A DNA stretch of 64,000 nucleotides from positions 1 through 64,000 of the IMG/VR virus record IMGVR_UViG_3300023174_000084; one strand, 5' to 3'. Positions within the stretch are counted from its first letter, which is position 1, and each line of letters begins with the position of its first letter. Shown one piece after another: positions 44,316 through 54,385 of the stretch. A program made the position numbers and the translations under genes. The notes beneath the pieces were generated by a model that saw only the letters and a program-made list of their open reading frames with translations, did no database searches and had not been told where the DNA came from. The stretch comes from a virus.

Positions 44316-45415
44316 GCCTGTTCTTGGTTCAATGCCTCAACATATAATTCACGCATTACTGTTTTCAGCTTTTCATTGTCAATGTGTTCTTCGTGTATAC
44401 CATCTACAAACTTATTAATAATCGTGATAGTATCTTCTGCTTGGTCAACCATATCATCATCTACACCTTCTGTCAAGTCCGTAAAGTCCTCGGCAATGGT
44501 AATATCAACAGGATTAACATTATACAGGTTATTCATAAACTTGTCAAATAGATAGGGGTTCGTTTTGTTGATTACCACCACTTTAACATAGGTATTGGTA
44601 TACTTGCTCATATCTTTATTGGTAATCTCAGTAATTGATTCCACTTTATCATCATAAATGATTTTGTGGAACATTACATTTGAATTCTTTATGAAAGTAA
44701 GGTCACGAGTATTAAGATCAAAAATATGAAAGCCTCTAGCGTCATTATAATCTTGCCAAGTAAGTTCATACGGATTTCCAAGATAATGAATGCCGTCAGC
44801 TGAACTGCGATGATGATAATGCCCACTAAAAGTAAAATCAAACTTTCTGAATAACTCACGACTTAATCCTTCTTGACTTGGCATGCCACGATACATGGCA
44901 AAGCCGGCAATCTCAAAGTGACCCATACAAATATCAGCATCGGTGTCTGACATAATTTTAATACAATCGTTATGATTCTCAGTACATATCCATGGTATCA
45001 TACAGATATTTGTATTCTTCACGTTAATAACGGTTGGTTTTGAGATTACATTAATATTATTATACTCTTGCAACAACAAATCAACCGAATTCACATCATT
45101 GGTATTTTTAAAATAGGTGTCATGGTTACCAGCCAACATATGCACCTGAATACCTTTGGCATACAACTTGTCAAAGAACATCTCTCTTGTTCGTTTGAGT
45201 GTATAAAAGTTTACATACTTTCTACGGTCAAAAGTATCACCCAAAATAAGAACAGTATCAATACCGTTCTCATCAAGAACTGTAAAAAAAGTATCCCTAT
45301 AAAATTTTTCATAATAATCAAGGAAGTGTATCGAATCATTACGAGCACCAAAGTGTTGGTCGGTAATGATGGCAACTTTAGTTGCGGTCTGGTTTTCTGT
45401 GGTCGATATTGTCAT
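44312..45415 (-). CDS. gp47: gp47 recombination nuclease (Mre11/SbcD-like)
   Basis: TDQHFG, GDTFD, GNHD, GHFE, SGHYH. Confidence 0.96.
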   Translation of the reverse strand: MTISTTENQTATKVAIITDQHFGARNDSIHFLDYYEKFYRDTFFTVLDENGIDTVLILGDTFDRRKYVNFYTLKRTREMFFDKLYAKGIQVHMLAGNHDTYFKNTNDVNSVDLLLQEYNNINVISKPTVINVKNTNICMIPWICTENHNDCIKIMSDTDADICMGHFEIAGFAMYRGMPSQEGLSRELFRKFDFTFSGHYHHRSSADGIHYLGNPYELTWQDYNDARGFHIFDLNTRDLTFIKNSNVMFHKIIYDDKVESITEITNKDMSKYTNTYVKVVVINKTNPYLFDKFMNNLYNVNPVDITIAEDFTDLTEGVDDDMVDQAEDTITIINKFVDGIHEEHIDNEKLKTVMRELYVEALNQEQA

Positions 45416-45545
45416 AATATTTTATCTCAATCACGGATTCATTTGGTTTATTGCCAGCAAAAAATGTGGCTTCTTGTAGTGTATTGAACCATTTAAAAAA
45501 TACAACAGATTCTTTTTCTGTTGGGTAGTAACTCACTTTATACAT
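45378..45545 (-). CDS. 55-aa hypothetical protein (not in ORF track)
   Basis: MYKVSYYP...KWF.TL.EA..F; GGAG upstream; fills the gp55-gp47 gap. Confidence 0.55.
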   Translation of the reverse strand: MYKVSYYPTEKESVVFFKWFNTLQEATFFAGNKPNESVIEIKYYDNIDHRKPDRN

Positions 45546-45549
45546 TATA

Positions 45550-46092
45550 TCACTCTCCTAAAAACTTTTCAAGCCCCTTTGTTTTCTTTGCCGTTGCGAT
45601 GTCTTTCTTTACCTTTCTTGCATCTTCATAGTTTTCAATAAATTCGGCAATATTATCATATAATTCAAACTGTTTAGAGGTACCATCTTCAAACTCCATC
45701 ATTTCGAATTCATCCAAAATACCCATTTGTTCTGTAGATTTATACTTAACATACAGTTGTTTCTTTTCTTTGGAAATTCTTCTTAGAAAGGCAAAGTAAA
45801 TAATCTGTGTGAAATAGGCAAAAGGATTTTTGGACTTGGCTGGGTCAAAATTATCAAAGTATTGTAGGCAATTCTCAATACCATCCGATATCATTTCGTC
45901 ACGATAGGTATAGTTTATGAAATTAGGTTTGTGTGATAAACCTTCTGCTATCTTCATAAAACACTCACCAATGTAATTTGGAATCGCTGGAGGTGATCTT
46001 TTTTCTTTCTTTGCCAGTTTACAAGCTGCCTTGTAATCGACCAAAGCTTTAAGAAAATCTTCGTTATTAATATAATGTTTTTGCTTAGCCAT
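45550..46092 (-). CDS. gp55: late sigma factor gp55
   Basis: HYINN, YIGECF.KIA.GLS..PNF.NY, MISDGIENC, NPFAYFTQI...AF.RRI. Confidence 0.96.
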   Translation of the reverse strand: MAKQKHYINNEDFLKALVDYKAACKLAKKEKRSPPAIPNYIGECFMKIAEGLSHKPNFINYTYRDEMISDGIENCLQYFDNFDPAKSKNPFAYFTQIIYFAFLRRISKEKKQLYVKYKSTEQMGILDEFEMMEFEDGTSKQFELYDNIAEFIENYEDARKVKKDIATAKKTKGLEKFLGE

Positions 46093-46113
46093 AAAATATA
46101 CCATAAAAAGTTG

Positions 46114-46142
46114 TTGACAAAGGGCTTGACAGAGTGTATAGT
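46114..46142 (+). promoter_or_regulatory. plus-strand sigma70-like promoter, divergent from gp55
   Basis: TTGACA-17-TATAGT; extra TTGAC boxes at 46126 and 46151. Confidence 0.55.
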
Positions 46143-46175
46143 TCTCGGTGTTGACCCATGAGATTAATAATTAAT

Positions 46176-46550
46176 TTAGTGTAATGTTTGGTTTTCACCA
46201 TCATCTAATGCATCCATAATATCTTCAATTTCTTCATCTGTCATTTCATCAGCAAGACTTTTTGCCTTCAATAACTCATTAATCTTTTCCACAGTATTCA
46301 TATAGTATTCTGCAAATTCATCATTTGGTTCAAATACAGTAAGCACGTCACAAGGACTAATTTTGATTTCATTTTTTTTAATTAATTGAACTGGTAACCA
46401 ATGGGACATTACTAAACCACTTTGATGACCTTTTTGTACCAAAGAAACAGACATAGGTTCAGAGATTTCATAATCTCCATTTTCAGTATCATGCAAATTA
46501 CCAATGATATCTTCACCGTTTTTTAAACGAACTATTTTTATGGTGTTCAT
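46176..46550 (-). CDS. Sm-like fold hypothetical protein
   Basis: IVRLKNGEDIIG start, WLP, acidic tail ending TLH. Confidence 0.65.
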   Translation of the reverse strand: MNTIKIVRLKNGEDIIGNLHDTENGDYEISEPMSVSLVQKGHQSGLVMSHWLPVQLIKKNEIKISPCDVLTVFEPNDEFAEYYMNTVEKINELLKAKSLADEMTDEEIEDIMDALDDGENQTLH

Positions 46551-46569
46551 TTTGATGCCTTTATTGATA

Positions 46570-47364
46570 TTAAACATGTTTGAGTATACCATTCATTGAG
46601 CTCATATTATTATATCCAAAAAAATCCAAATACTTTGTATCTAATTTTAAAAAAGTATTCAATGCCATTAAATCTCTAATTACATCTTGCTGAGTCCAAG
46701 CATCTTCTATTATTAGATAATCACCTTGTTTTATGTATTGGTTGAAATATTTTACAACCTCAAAAACATTACAATGTGTATCTTCTATTATTAACCATGG
46801 ATGAGGTAAATTTAAATAATCTATACCATGGTTTTCAAATGTTGTTATATTGTTGCAATCACAAAATAAGTAATTGATTCCATTATTAAACAAATTATTG
46901 TTTTGTATATCAAAGGAAAATAAATTAATATTTTTATTGTATATTTTTGATATATCCATTATATATTCAGCACTGGAACCTGATCCTGACCCTATTTCTA
47001 TAACTGTGTTAGGCTTTAACTCCCATAATAACATATTGATTATGTTTAAATCTTCTGCACTTTTTAATATTTCTTTGCCTTTCCAAGTGTTACAGTAACC
47101 AAAACCTTGGCCGAGATGTAGTTGAGTTTCTATTAACTTAGGAAATTTTAGATTTTGTTCATTAATCCTTTTTTCCCAGTCTACAAATCTTTCGTGGCTT
47201 TTTGTAACATACAATTCAAAAAGATTTAATAAATCTTTCTCATCAGTCCATGTAACATTTTCGTTAACATAATAATTTACAATATTATTAAAATGTGTTT
47301 GTGATTTATAATTTGATAATTTTATTTTTTCAATTAATTGTTTTAATAATATATCTTTATTCAT
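46570..47364 (-). CDS. CmcI (cephalosporin hydroxylase-like) methyltransferase insert
   Basis: WKG...K...DL, LLWELKP.T.IEIGS..G.S, GDYLIIED; very AT-rich. Confidence 0.75.
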   Translation of the reverse strand: MNKDILLKQLIEKIKLSNYKSQTHFNNIVNYYVNENVTWTDEKDLLNLFELYVTKSHERFVDWEKRINEQNLKFPKLIETQLHLGQGFGYCNTWKGKEILKSAEDLNIINMLLWELKPNTVIEIGSGSGSSAEYIMDISKIYNKNINLFSFDIQNNNLFNNGINYLFCDCNNITTFENHGIDYLNLPHPWLIIEDTHCNVFEVVKYFNQYIKQGDYLIIEDAWTQQDVIRDLMALNTFLKLDTKYLDFFGYNNMSSMNGILKHV

Positions 47365-48845
47365 TTTTTTAAATTGATTTTATAAATCTTAAATGGAAAT
47401 TTTTCTTCCGTGTAAATCTTAACTCGTTCAACAAAATGTTTTAATGTATAATTCATATGTTTTTTATATCGTAAATCATCGGCTATGTCATAGAGTGTGG
47501 CTTTTTCTTTTCCTTCTGCTTGCCGTAATCCTCTGCCGATAGATTGCAGATTGCGAATCCTTGATTTAGAAGGACTTGCAAAGATGATATTGTGTAGATT
47601 GCGAATGTTAATACCAGTGCTAAAAGTACCAAAAGATGCAACAACAATCGCATCATTTTCTATCTCCATTATTCTTCTTATTTCTTCTCTGTCGGCGGTA
47701 TCAGTACCTCCATGAACAAAGAATACTTTTCTATCACCAATGTTCTTGGTATTCTTAATCATATCATATAGGATTTGACCATGTTTGTCAACCATTTGAT
47801 ACAATATTAGTGTATTATTACCTAAGCTAACTGTAAGATTTTTAATGAATTTATTTCTATTTTCGTTTGCAATTAGATATTGTATTTCTTCTTGGTATGT
47901 TTTATCTTTTAATTGTAAACATATTTCGTCATCATGTTTAAGAACTAAACACTTTATTTCAAAATCTGAAACCTGCTGTTTATCAATCAACTCTCTGGTG
48001 GTAATTACCTTTTTAACAGTACCAAAAAGACCTTCTAATACTAATTTATGTGTTTTTGTTCCATCTAAAGTGCCTGTTAGTCCTATCCTATATTTGGCAT
48101 TAACACAAGATGTAAGTATTGTGGTTAAAGACTGTGCTTTGAATAAGTGAGCTTCATCACCTATAACGTAATCAAATTGTTCAAAATATTCTTTTGGCAT
48201 CTTATATAAAGATTGCCATGTAGAAATGATTAATGGTTTGTCAGATTCTTTTTCTTTGCCTTGGTAAATTCTATGCACATTTACCATTTCACTATTGTTA
48301 TAATCACCAAAGTCGGAGTATAATTGTTCAACTAATGAAGTTGTAGGAACAATTACAAGTCCTTTAAGATTTTGATATTGATGTAGCTGTCTAAAGATTA
48401 GATAGATGATAAGAGATTTGCCGGATGCCGTTGGTGAAACCAATAACGCTCGGCGTTTTTGCATGGCATGAATATAAGCATCTAATTGATGTTCTCGTAT
48501 TTCAATGGATTCACCACGAGAATGAATGTTTAGTGAGCCAATAAATTTCTTGGCATGGTATACCGAATATTCATCTTCAATATCTAATCCGTCTTGGTAT
48601 TCATGCGTGTAACCCCTCTCTTTACAAAATTCTTCTGCATAGTAAAGAAGTCCACGATAGATGGTATTGTTTCGTAAATCAAAAAGCCTTATCTTGCCGT
48701 CCCAGATTCTATTGCGGTATGCAGGAACAAATTGGTAACCAGGAACAAAAAAAGTGAAATACTCCGATAACTCTTTTGCGATATGTTTTTCACAAGTTAT
48801 CTTAACATAGACTTCATCTTTTTTAGAAATTATAATGTCGACCAA
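47361..48845 (-). CDS. uvsW: UvsW helicase
   Basis: WDGKIRL, SPTASGKS, DEAH, GLTGT, QSIGRGLR, LYDIADD. Confidence 0.96.
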   Translation of the reverse strand: MVDIIISKKDEVYVKITCEKHIAKELSEYFTFFVPGYQFVPAYRNRIWDGKIRLFDLRNNTIYRGLLYYAEEFCKERGYTHEYQDGLDIEDEYSVYHAKKFIGSLNIHSRGESIEIREHQLDAYIHAMQKRRALLVSPTASGKSLIIYLIFRQLHQYQNLKGLVIVPTTSLVEQLYSDFGDYNNSEMVNVHRIYQGKEKESDKPLIISTWQSLYKMPKEYFEQFDYVIGDEAHLFKAQSLTTILTSCVNAKYRIGLTGTLDGTKTHKLVLEGLFGTVKKVITTRELIDKQQVSDFEIKCLVLKHDDEICLQLKDKTYQEEIQYLIANENRNKFIKNLTVSLGNNTLILYQMVDKHGQILYDMIKNTKNIGDRKVFFVHGGTDTADREEIRRIMEIENDAIVVASFGTFSTGINIRNLHNIIFASPSKSRIRNLQSIGRGLRQAEGKEKATLYDIADDLRYKKHMNYTLKHFVERVKIYTEEKFPFKIYKINLKK

Positions 48846-48852
48846 TTTAATC

Positions 48853-49380
48853 CTATTGACAAATTAAATTAAAAGATACTATAGTCTTTGTTTTATTAGA
48901 CAAATTCTTTTTTGATTGGTGGTATATTAATGATGGAAAACAAATTATATCTCCTTCCGAAACATCAAAATCATATTCTTTATCAATAATTTTAAAAGTT
49001 GTTTTTAATGATTTTTCTGGAAGTTCAACATAATAAACACAACTATAATAACTGTCAGTATGATTGTGCCACACATGATAATCACCATTTTTATATTGTT
49101 GAAACCAATAGTTTGATAAAAACAAATTGCAATCCAATTTTAAATTTTCTTTTAGAGAAGATGCTGTTTGCACTATTAAATTATTAACATAGTTATAATA
49201 TGGCCGAAAAAAATCTTTATTCAGGTGCCAATCCGTATTAGAAATAGATTGGTTGTTGTGTGGTTCTATTAAACTATGCATACCCATTTCTTCTATTGAT
49301 TTCAATATTTGCAGTTTTAATTCATTATGATTTTCAATATTGTAAATTACAATTGGCATTTGCAAAAAATCAATTTTCAT
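48853..49380 (-). CDS. 2OG-Fe(II) oxygenase-like insert
   Basis: WFQQY..GD.H.WHNH, FPS.IYH, K.IVSFN. Confidence 0.75.
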   Translation of the reverse strand: MKIDFLQMPIVIYNIENHNELKLQILKSIEEMGMHSLIEPHNNQSISNTDWHLNKDFFRPYYNYVNNLIVQTASSLKENLKLDCNLFLSNYWFQQYKNGDYHVWHNHTDSYYSCVYYVELPEKSLKTTFKIIDKEYDFDVSEGDIICFPSLIYHQSKKNLSNKTKTIVSFNLICQ

Positions 49381-49382
49381 TA

Positions 49383-50021
49383 TCAATCTTTCTCATTAAA
49401 TTGGTAGAACCACGAATCAGGAGTGCCAACACTCCATTTAGATACATTTTCTACCGAATAAACCTCTGTAGGTATTTTAAAGTCAGGCGTTTTGACAGTC
49501 GGTGGTACCAAAGATACGTCATACCATAGACAACGATTATTTGGCTGACACGCAAACTGTCCATTATCTAGTTGAATAAAATTATATGATTTGTGTTCTT
49601 GCACACCTTCTGAAAAACTGGTGTCAATACGATTAAAATCTGGTGCAGCAAAATCAATTGTAAAAAGGTATTTACCAAAATGAAACACTCGGTCTTTGCC
49701 AAAGTATTTTACTTTTAAACCACGCAGATTAGATTTCTCGATTACTGCCATATCATATGAAAGACAATCCCATATTTGTAGGTTGTCTAAAGGTAAATAA
49801 TCATCAACAGGCTTCCACACATATGCAGAGATTGGTAACTTATCAAACAACGCACCATAATCCGTCAACATACATTCAATACGAAATGCTTGGCCTTTGA
49901 TTGCTTTGGCAGTCATCCATACACAAGGTTCTAATTCACCATGACCTTTTTCATGGTTATAGAGAAACTCTTTACGCACAAAACATTTAACGGGTGGTAT
50001 ATTTGCAACGAGAAAAGACAT
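49383..50021 (-). CDS. conserved T4-like hypothetical protein
   Basis: likely start MSFLVANIPP (TAATG); W.C.SY, EHKS.N.I.L.NGQFA.QPNNR. Confidence 0.7.
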   Translation of the reverse strand: MSFLVANIPPVKCFVRKEFLYNHEKGHGELEPCVWMTAKAIKGQAFRIECMLTDYGALFDKLPISAYVWKPVDDYLPLDNLQIWDCLSYDMAVIEKSNLRGLKVKYFGKDRVFHFGKYLFTIDFAAPDFNRIDTSFSEGVQEHKSYNFIQLDNGQFACQPNNRCLWYDVSLVPPTVKTPDFKIPTEVYSVENVSKWSVGTPDSWFYQFNEKD

Positions 50022-50455
50022 TATTGACCTCCAATAAATTTTTCCCAAGAAATAAAATCTCGGAGTTGCCACGTTCTTTGTTTCAATTCATTCATAACAG
50101 ATTCCAAAACTGAAACACATTCTTCATGGTATACTTTTTTCTCTAACATTTTAATCAAATCATCATCACCTTCCAAATAGGCACCGATGTCTGATTTCAA
50201 TACAAACTGAAATGGTTGCCAACCACGATTTTCTAATTCATCTTGGTCCAATCTACCATTATAATAATCAATCTTTATTTTCCGCAAACGCAAGTAATCA
50301 AAGTGTGCTTTCTTGGCTGCAATTTTGTGTTTTGTGAGAATGGAGAGGTATTTGTTGTGTAGAATAGGAATACGAAGCAGTTCTTTACCAGGTTCTGTCT
50401 GGTCCATTTCTGCATCTTTTTCCCAATACTTCAATACTTGTTCTAGATTTTCCAT
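50021..50455 (-). CDS. uvsY: UvsY recombination mediator
   Basis: W.KD, IP.LH.KYL, YY.G, R.WQL...I.W.KF..G. Confidence 0.9.
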   Translation of the reverse strand: MENLEQVLKYWEKDAEMDQTEPGKELLRIPILHNKYLSILTKHKIAAKKAHFDYLRLRKIKIDYYNGRLDQDELENRGWQPFQFVLKSDIGAYLEGDDDLIKMLEKKVYHEECVSVLESVMNELKQRTWQLRDFISWEKFIGGQ

Positions 50456-50486
50456 AATATTTTCAATAGTTTAACACCAGTTTTAC

Positions 50487-50515
50487 ATACTAACACAAAC
50501 TATGTTAAATGGCAA
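50487..50515 (-). promoter_or_regulatory. sigma70-type promoter for the uvsY operon
   Basis: TTGCCA-17-TAGTAT with TGn extension. Confidence 0.55.
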
Positions 50516-50528
50516 TACTTTGTGTTAA

Positions 50529-51065
50529 TTAAACTGGTACAAATTTAAACTGGTCAAAAACGAAAGTGGCATCGGCTGTAATCATATCATCTGCCGATTG
50601 TTTTGTATCAAAAAAGATATCTGATAGAGATACTGGAAACATGTTAGTAAACTCTACACGAATAATTGGATTATTTAAAGCACTTAATATAGTTAATGTG
50701 GCATCAGAATATTGTTGTTTATCACTAGCCATATTATTATATTGATTCTGTAATGCCGTTTTTAGATTTCGTTCATCGGTACCGTCTGGAGATGCAAAAG
50801 ACCGAAACCAATCATGTAATTGAATCCATGATGTCATATCTTCATTCACCAAAAAATTCATATTAAAATTATTATATAATATTTGATTACCAGGCGAATA
50901 TACCATTACGCTTGGAAAACTGATTGGGGCCTGTCCTACGCTGACTCCTGGTATGTTTACAGACTGACAGAACCATGTCGTATCCGGTATCCTACTGAAA
51001 GTCATTAGAAACTTTGTAGGTTGTAGATAGTTGGTGTTTTGAGGAGTTCTAGTTAATACATTCAT
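50529..51065 (-). CDS. gp3: tail completion / tube terminator protein gp3-like
   Basis: N.N.L....F, CQSVNIPG, F.V.ED...W, DATL.IL, FPVSLS. Confidence 0.8.
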   Translation of the reverse strand: MNVLTRTPQNTNYLQPTKFLMTFSRIPDTTWFCQSVNIPGVSVGQAPISFPSVMVYSPGNQILYNNFNMNFLVNEDMTSWIQLHDWFRSFASPDGTDERNLKTALQNQYNNMASDKQQYSDATLTILSALNNPIIRVEFTNMFPVSLSDIFFDTKQSADDMITADATFVFDQFKFVPV

Positions 51066-51082
51066 ACAGATATTTAGGCCAT

Positions 51083-51111
51083 AAAAAAAGAGACCTCCGA
51101 AGAGGTCTCTT
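51083..51111 (-). terminator. intrinsic terminator after gp23
   Basis: AAGAGACCTC-TTCG-GAGGTCTCTT plus U run (cUUCGg loop). Confidence 0.9.
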
Positions 51112-51140
51112 GAAATGTCCTTCTTGACGAGGACTTTTTA

Positions 51141-52478
51141 TTACATCAAGTTCTTGACGCCAAAAATACGATAGTATTTGTTGGTACGAGCATTCAAACC
51201 ACCCAAGCCAGCGCCGAGACCTTCTGCGAATGGGTTGGATACCATTCCATAACGTGTCTTGAAGCCAATCTTTGGTTGGAATGTGAACTGGTCTACAGCA
51301 CGAACCATCTGTAATGGAACGTATGGGCAATAGAACAGACCAGCATCGTATGGGCTAGAACCTTTGTAACCGATTGTTACGAGTTCTTGGTTGCTTGTGT
51401 AACCACCGAAGTATGGGTCAATGTAGACCTTGATACGACCATGGAGTAAGCCAGCAAATGTGTTGCCTGTGTCATCTACTTGCAAGTCAGCTTGGAGAGC
51501 AGGAGTATATTGCAATACACCAGCCATTGCCATAGCGGAAGCAACGTCAGAAGAAACGATCAACACATTACCTTTACCACGGCGGGTTTGCTTAGCGATA
51601 ACGTTAGCATCACGCTCGATTTGGAAAATCAAGCCTTTGAAACGCTCAACAGACCAACGACCGTTGGAGTCTGTGTCGAGGTCAAAGAAACCAGCAGTTG
51701 TTGTACCATACTGAGCACCTGGAACGGCAACAGTATAGATGGTACGGATAACTTCACGGTTGATTTCAGCGAGAACTTCTGTAGACAGAATGTTAGACAA
51801 TTCTGTTTCAGCATCAAGACCATGAATTGCTTTCAAGTCTTGTGCAAGTTCTAAAGAATACTCAGCTTTCAAAGCACGGCTTTGAGCAGTTACAGTTACC
51901 TTCTCGATAGAGAAAGCCATCTGAGCAAATGCTGTATTGCCATCGGAACCGAGGAATTCAGCAGTAGCTGTTGGCATTGCAATACCAGTTGTATAGCTGT
52001 TAGCAGCCAAAGATGCAGAAACAACAGGGTTTGTACCTGTGTCAGTTGCAGTTGTACCACGGAAACCGTATGGGTTGTTAGCAGAACCAACACCGGAGAA
52101 CATTGTGTTCGCCTCGTTGAAGAATGCCTCGTCACCACCTTGGTTAACATACTTGGCACGCATTGCAAAAATCAAACCGGTAGGACCAGTCATTGGCTGA
52201 ACGCCAGCAACGTCATAAGCGATAAGATTTGGCAATGCACGGCGTACCAACGAAATCAAGATTGGGTCAAAGTTTTGAACACCACCAGTGATGTTTGTTG
52301 GGCCAGCAGACTGCTCGTTAAGAGCTTGCATTTGAGCAGCATCTTGACGCATTGCTTGTTGTTGGTTTTCCAAAACAAGAGCTGTAACAGCTTTCTTGTA
52401 TGGGTCTTTAATGGCGTCTAATTCTGGATGCTCCAGAACAGGTTGCCATTTCTTTTGTAGTTCTTCTGTCAAATACAT
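51141..52478 (-). CDS. gp23: major capsid protein gp23
   Basis: GVQPMTGPTGLIFAMR, SRALKAEYSLELAQDLKAIHGLDAE, FQPKIGFKTRYG. Confidence 0.98.
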   Translation of the reverse strand: MYLTEELQKKWQPVLEHPELDAIKDPYKKAVTALVLENQQQAMRQDAAQMQALNEQSAGPTNITGGVQNFDPILISLVRRALPNLIAYDVAGVQPMTGPTGLIFAMRAKYVNQGGDEAFFNEANTMFSGVGSANNPYGFRGTTATDTGTNPVVSASLAANSYTTGIAMPTATAEFLGSDGNTAFAQMAFSIEKVTVTAQSRALKAEYSLELAQDLKAIHGLDAETELSNILSTEVLAEINREVIRTIYTVAVPGAQYGTTTAGFFDLDTDSNGRWSVERFKGLIFQIERDANVIAKQTRRGKGNVLIVSSDVASAMAMAGVLQYTPALQADLQVDDTGNTFAGLLHGRIKVYIDPYFGGYTSNQELVTIGYKGSSPYDAGLFYCPYVPLQMVRAVDQFTFQPKIGFKTRYGMVSNPFAEGLGAGLGGLNARTNKYYRIFGVKNLM

Positions 52479-52512
52479 TTTATTGTTCCTTTTGTTATGT
52501 ATTAGTGGTTAA

Positions 52513-53703
52513 TTACTTAACCAATGTTTGTGAAATGGTTTTTGCGTAGATACTGATAGAAGGATCTTCGGAAACGATTTTATCTTTCTTCTCTTCCTCA
52601 ACCAATACTTCGTCTAAAGCAGATGAATCAGCAACTTTAACATCAGCCTTGAAATATGATTCTTTCAATGTTGATAGTTTGGTAGCAAATTCTTCATCAG
52701 TAGTAAACTCCACACCTTCTGCGAGTGATTTCAGTTTTTCTACTTGAGTCTGCGTAAGGCCTTCACAAGCTGCGTAAATAGCCTCAAACTTTTTGTGCTC
52801 ATTGAGTTCTTTTTTCATCTCAATAGCAGATTGAATTTGTTGATTGTAAGCTTCTTCGAGTTCTTCTACTTTAGCGGTGAGTTCTTCAACAACATCCACT
52901 TTCTCAGCAGGAATATCGATGTAATGCTCTTCAAACAAATCTTTCAAACCGGTAATAAAATCTTCAACGATTTCGGCACGGAGACCTTTTTCGATAGCGA
53001 TTTCATTGTCTTTGACCCATTCTTCAACCATGTAGTTGAGATAGTCATCAACCTTAGCTGCCAAATCTTCTTTGATTTCTTCAACAGCAGCTTCAAATTG
53101 TTCTGTTAATTCAGCTTCAGCTTCAGCAATAACTTCTTCGGCACGAGCAAGAACGGCAGCTTCAAAAATAGTAGAAGCTTTTTGAACAAATTCCTCAGAG
53201 AGATTTTCGCCTGTAAACAGAGCGTCCATATCTTCTTTCATTTTTTCTTTCATCTTCATTTTTTTCATCATTGCTTTGTCTTGAGCTTCATCTTCATGAC
53301 CTTCTTCTTTTTCAGCTTCAGCAATAACTTCTTCTTCAGCTTCTGTTTCTTCGTAAGTCTGAACACCAACTGAACCTTTGTTTAAAGGCATTTGGTTTTT
53401 ACCAGTCTTACCTTCTGGTTGTTCAACAGAACCTTGCTCAGCAGGTTGACCTTTGAGTTTCTTTGCTGGCTCAGAACCAACAGGTGGTTTTGCACCTGGA
53501 GGAGTTGCTGTTGGTACGCCTTTAGTAGCGTCTGGACCAGCATCGGTTGTTTTAGTAACTTCTGTGCCAATGTCGCCCACTTCTTGTGTACCGTAAGCTA
53601 CATCGCCAGATAATTTGGCTGGTTTATCTTGGCCACTTTGTTTACCAGAAACATTACCCGAAAGAATGTCTTTAGCGGCTTCGGACAGATTAAATTTTCC
53701 CAT
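52513..53703 (-). CDS. gp22: prohead core scaffold gp22
   Basis: LSEEF..KA.TIFEAAV, VDDYLNY.VEEW..DN, LFEEHYIDIP. Confidence 0.93.
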   Translation of the reverse strand: MGKFNLSEAAKDILSGNVSGKQSGQDKPAKLSGDVAYGTQEVGDIGTEVTKTTDAGPDATKGVPTATPPGAKPPVGSEPAKKLKGQPAEQGSVEQPEGKTGKNQMPLNKGSVGVQTYEETEAEEEVIAEAEKEEGHEDEAQDKAMMKKMKMKEKMKEDMDALFTGENLSEEFVQKASTIFEAAVLARAEEVIAEAEAELTEQFEAAVEEIKEDLAAKVDDYLNYMVEEWVKDNEIAIEKGLRAEIVEDFITGLKDLFEEHYIDIPAEKVDVVEELTAKVEELEEAYNQQIQSAIEMKKELNEHKKFEAIYAACEGLTQTQVEKLKSLAEGVEFTTDEEFATKLSTLKESYFKADVKVADSSALDEVLVEEEKKDKIVSEDPSISIYAKTISQTLVK

Positions 53704-53731
53704 TTTAAAAATCTCCTTGATTTATATTGGA

Positions 53732-53739
53732 TATTTATA
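53732..53739 (-). promoter_or_regulatory. late promoter TATAAATA
   Basis: exact consensus upstream of gp22. Confidence 0.85.
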
Positions 53740-53740
53740 T

Positions 53741-54385
53741 TTAAAGTTTTTTTACGAGTGATTCCCAAATGCGTAGACTTACTTCTTCAATTTCTCTTTG
53801 AGAAGCCTTTTTAATTGCTTGTTTGGCTTCAGAGTATTGCTGTTCAGTCCATACACCATTGACCATCACCCATTCTTTGCCTTCCATAATACCTTGAACG
53901 AAAGCATTTGGAGCAGAAGGGTCTGCTACAATATCCGCCGCTGTGGCTAGATGAAAATCATCTTGAACTACATTGACACCATTGACAGATTTGAGAGAAC
54001 CCATACCACGAGATGATACTCCAATCTGAGCACCACCTTCGATAAGGCTCTTAACAATCTGACCCATAGGTGTGTCAAGAATCTTTGCTTTGCCTATCCA
54101 ATCATTTCCCTCTTGACGAAGGCTCACAACCATGTGGGAAACTCTGTCAAGATTGATTGATGGGGTGTCTGGATGACCCAGCTCACCAAAGGCACGATTT
54201 TTATTGATATATTGTTCTGTGTATCTTTCTACTTCTTTGGCCATGGTCTCTTTGAGATATTTACGGCCATTACGGTTTACCACTTCTGCTTGGAGAAATG
54301 GACCCTCAATGTAAAGATTACGCTTGCCGTCTTTATCTTCAGCAAGATATTGTAGTGTTTCGGTGACTTCTGTTATTAACTTCAT
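53741..54385 (-). CDS. gp21: prohead protease gp21
   Basis: NRNGR.Y, GELGHP, GVSSRGMGS, DIVADPSAP.A.V. Confidence 0.96.
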   Translation of the reverse strand: MKLITEVTETLQYLAEDKDGKRNLYIEGPFLQAEVVNRNGRKYLKETMAKEVERYTEQYINKNRAFGELGHPDTPSINLDRVSHMVVSLRQEGNDWIGKAKILDTPMGQIVKSLIEGGAQIGVSSRGMGSLKSVNGVNVVQDDFHLATAADIVADPSAPNAFVQGIMEGKEWVMVNGVWTEQQYSEAKQAIKKASQREIEEVSLRIWESLVKKL

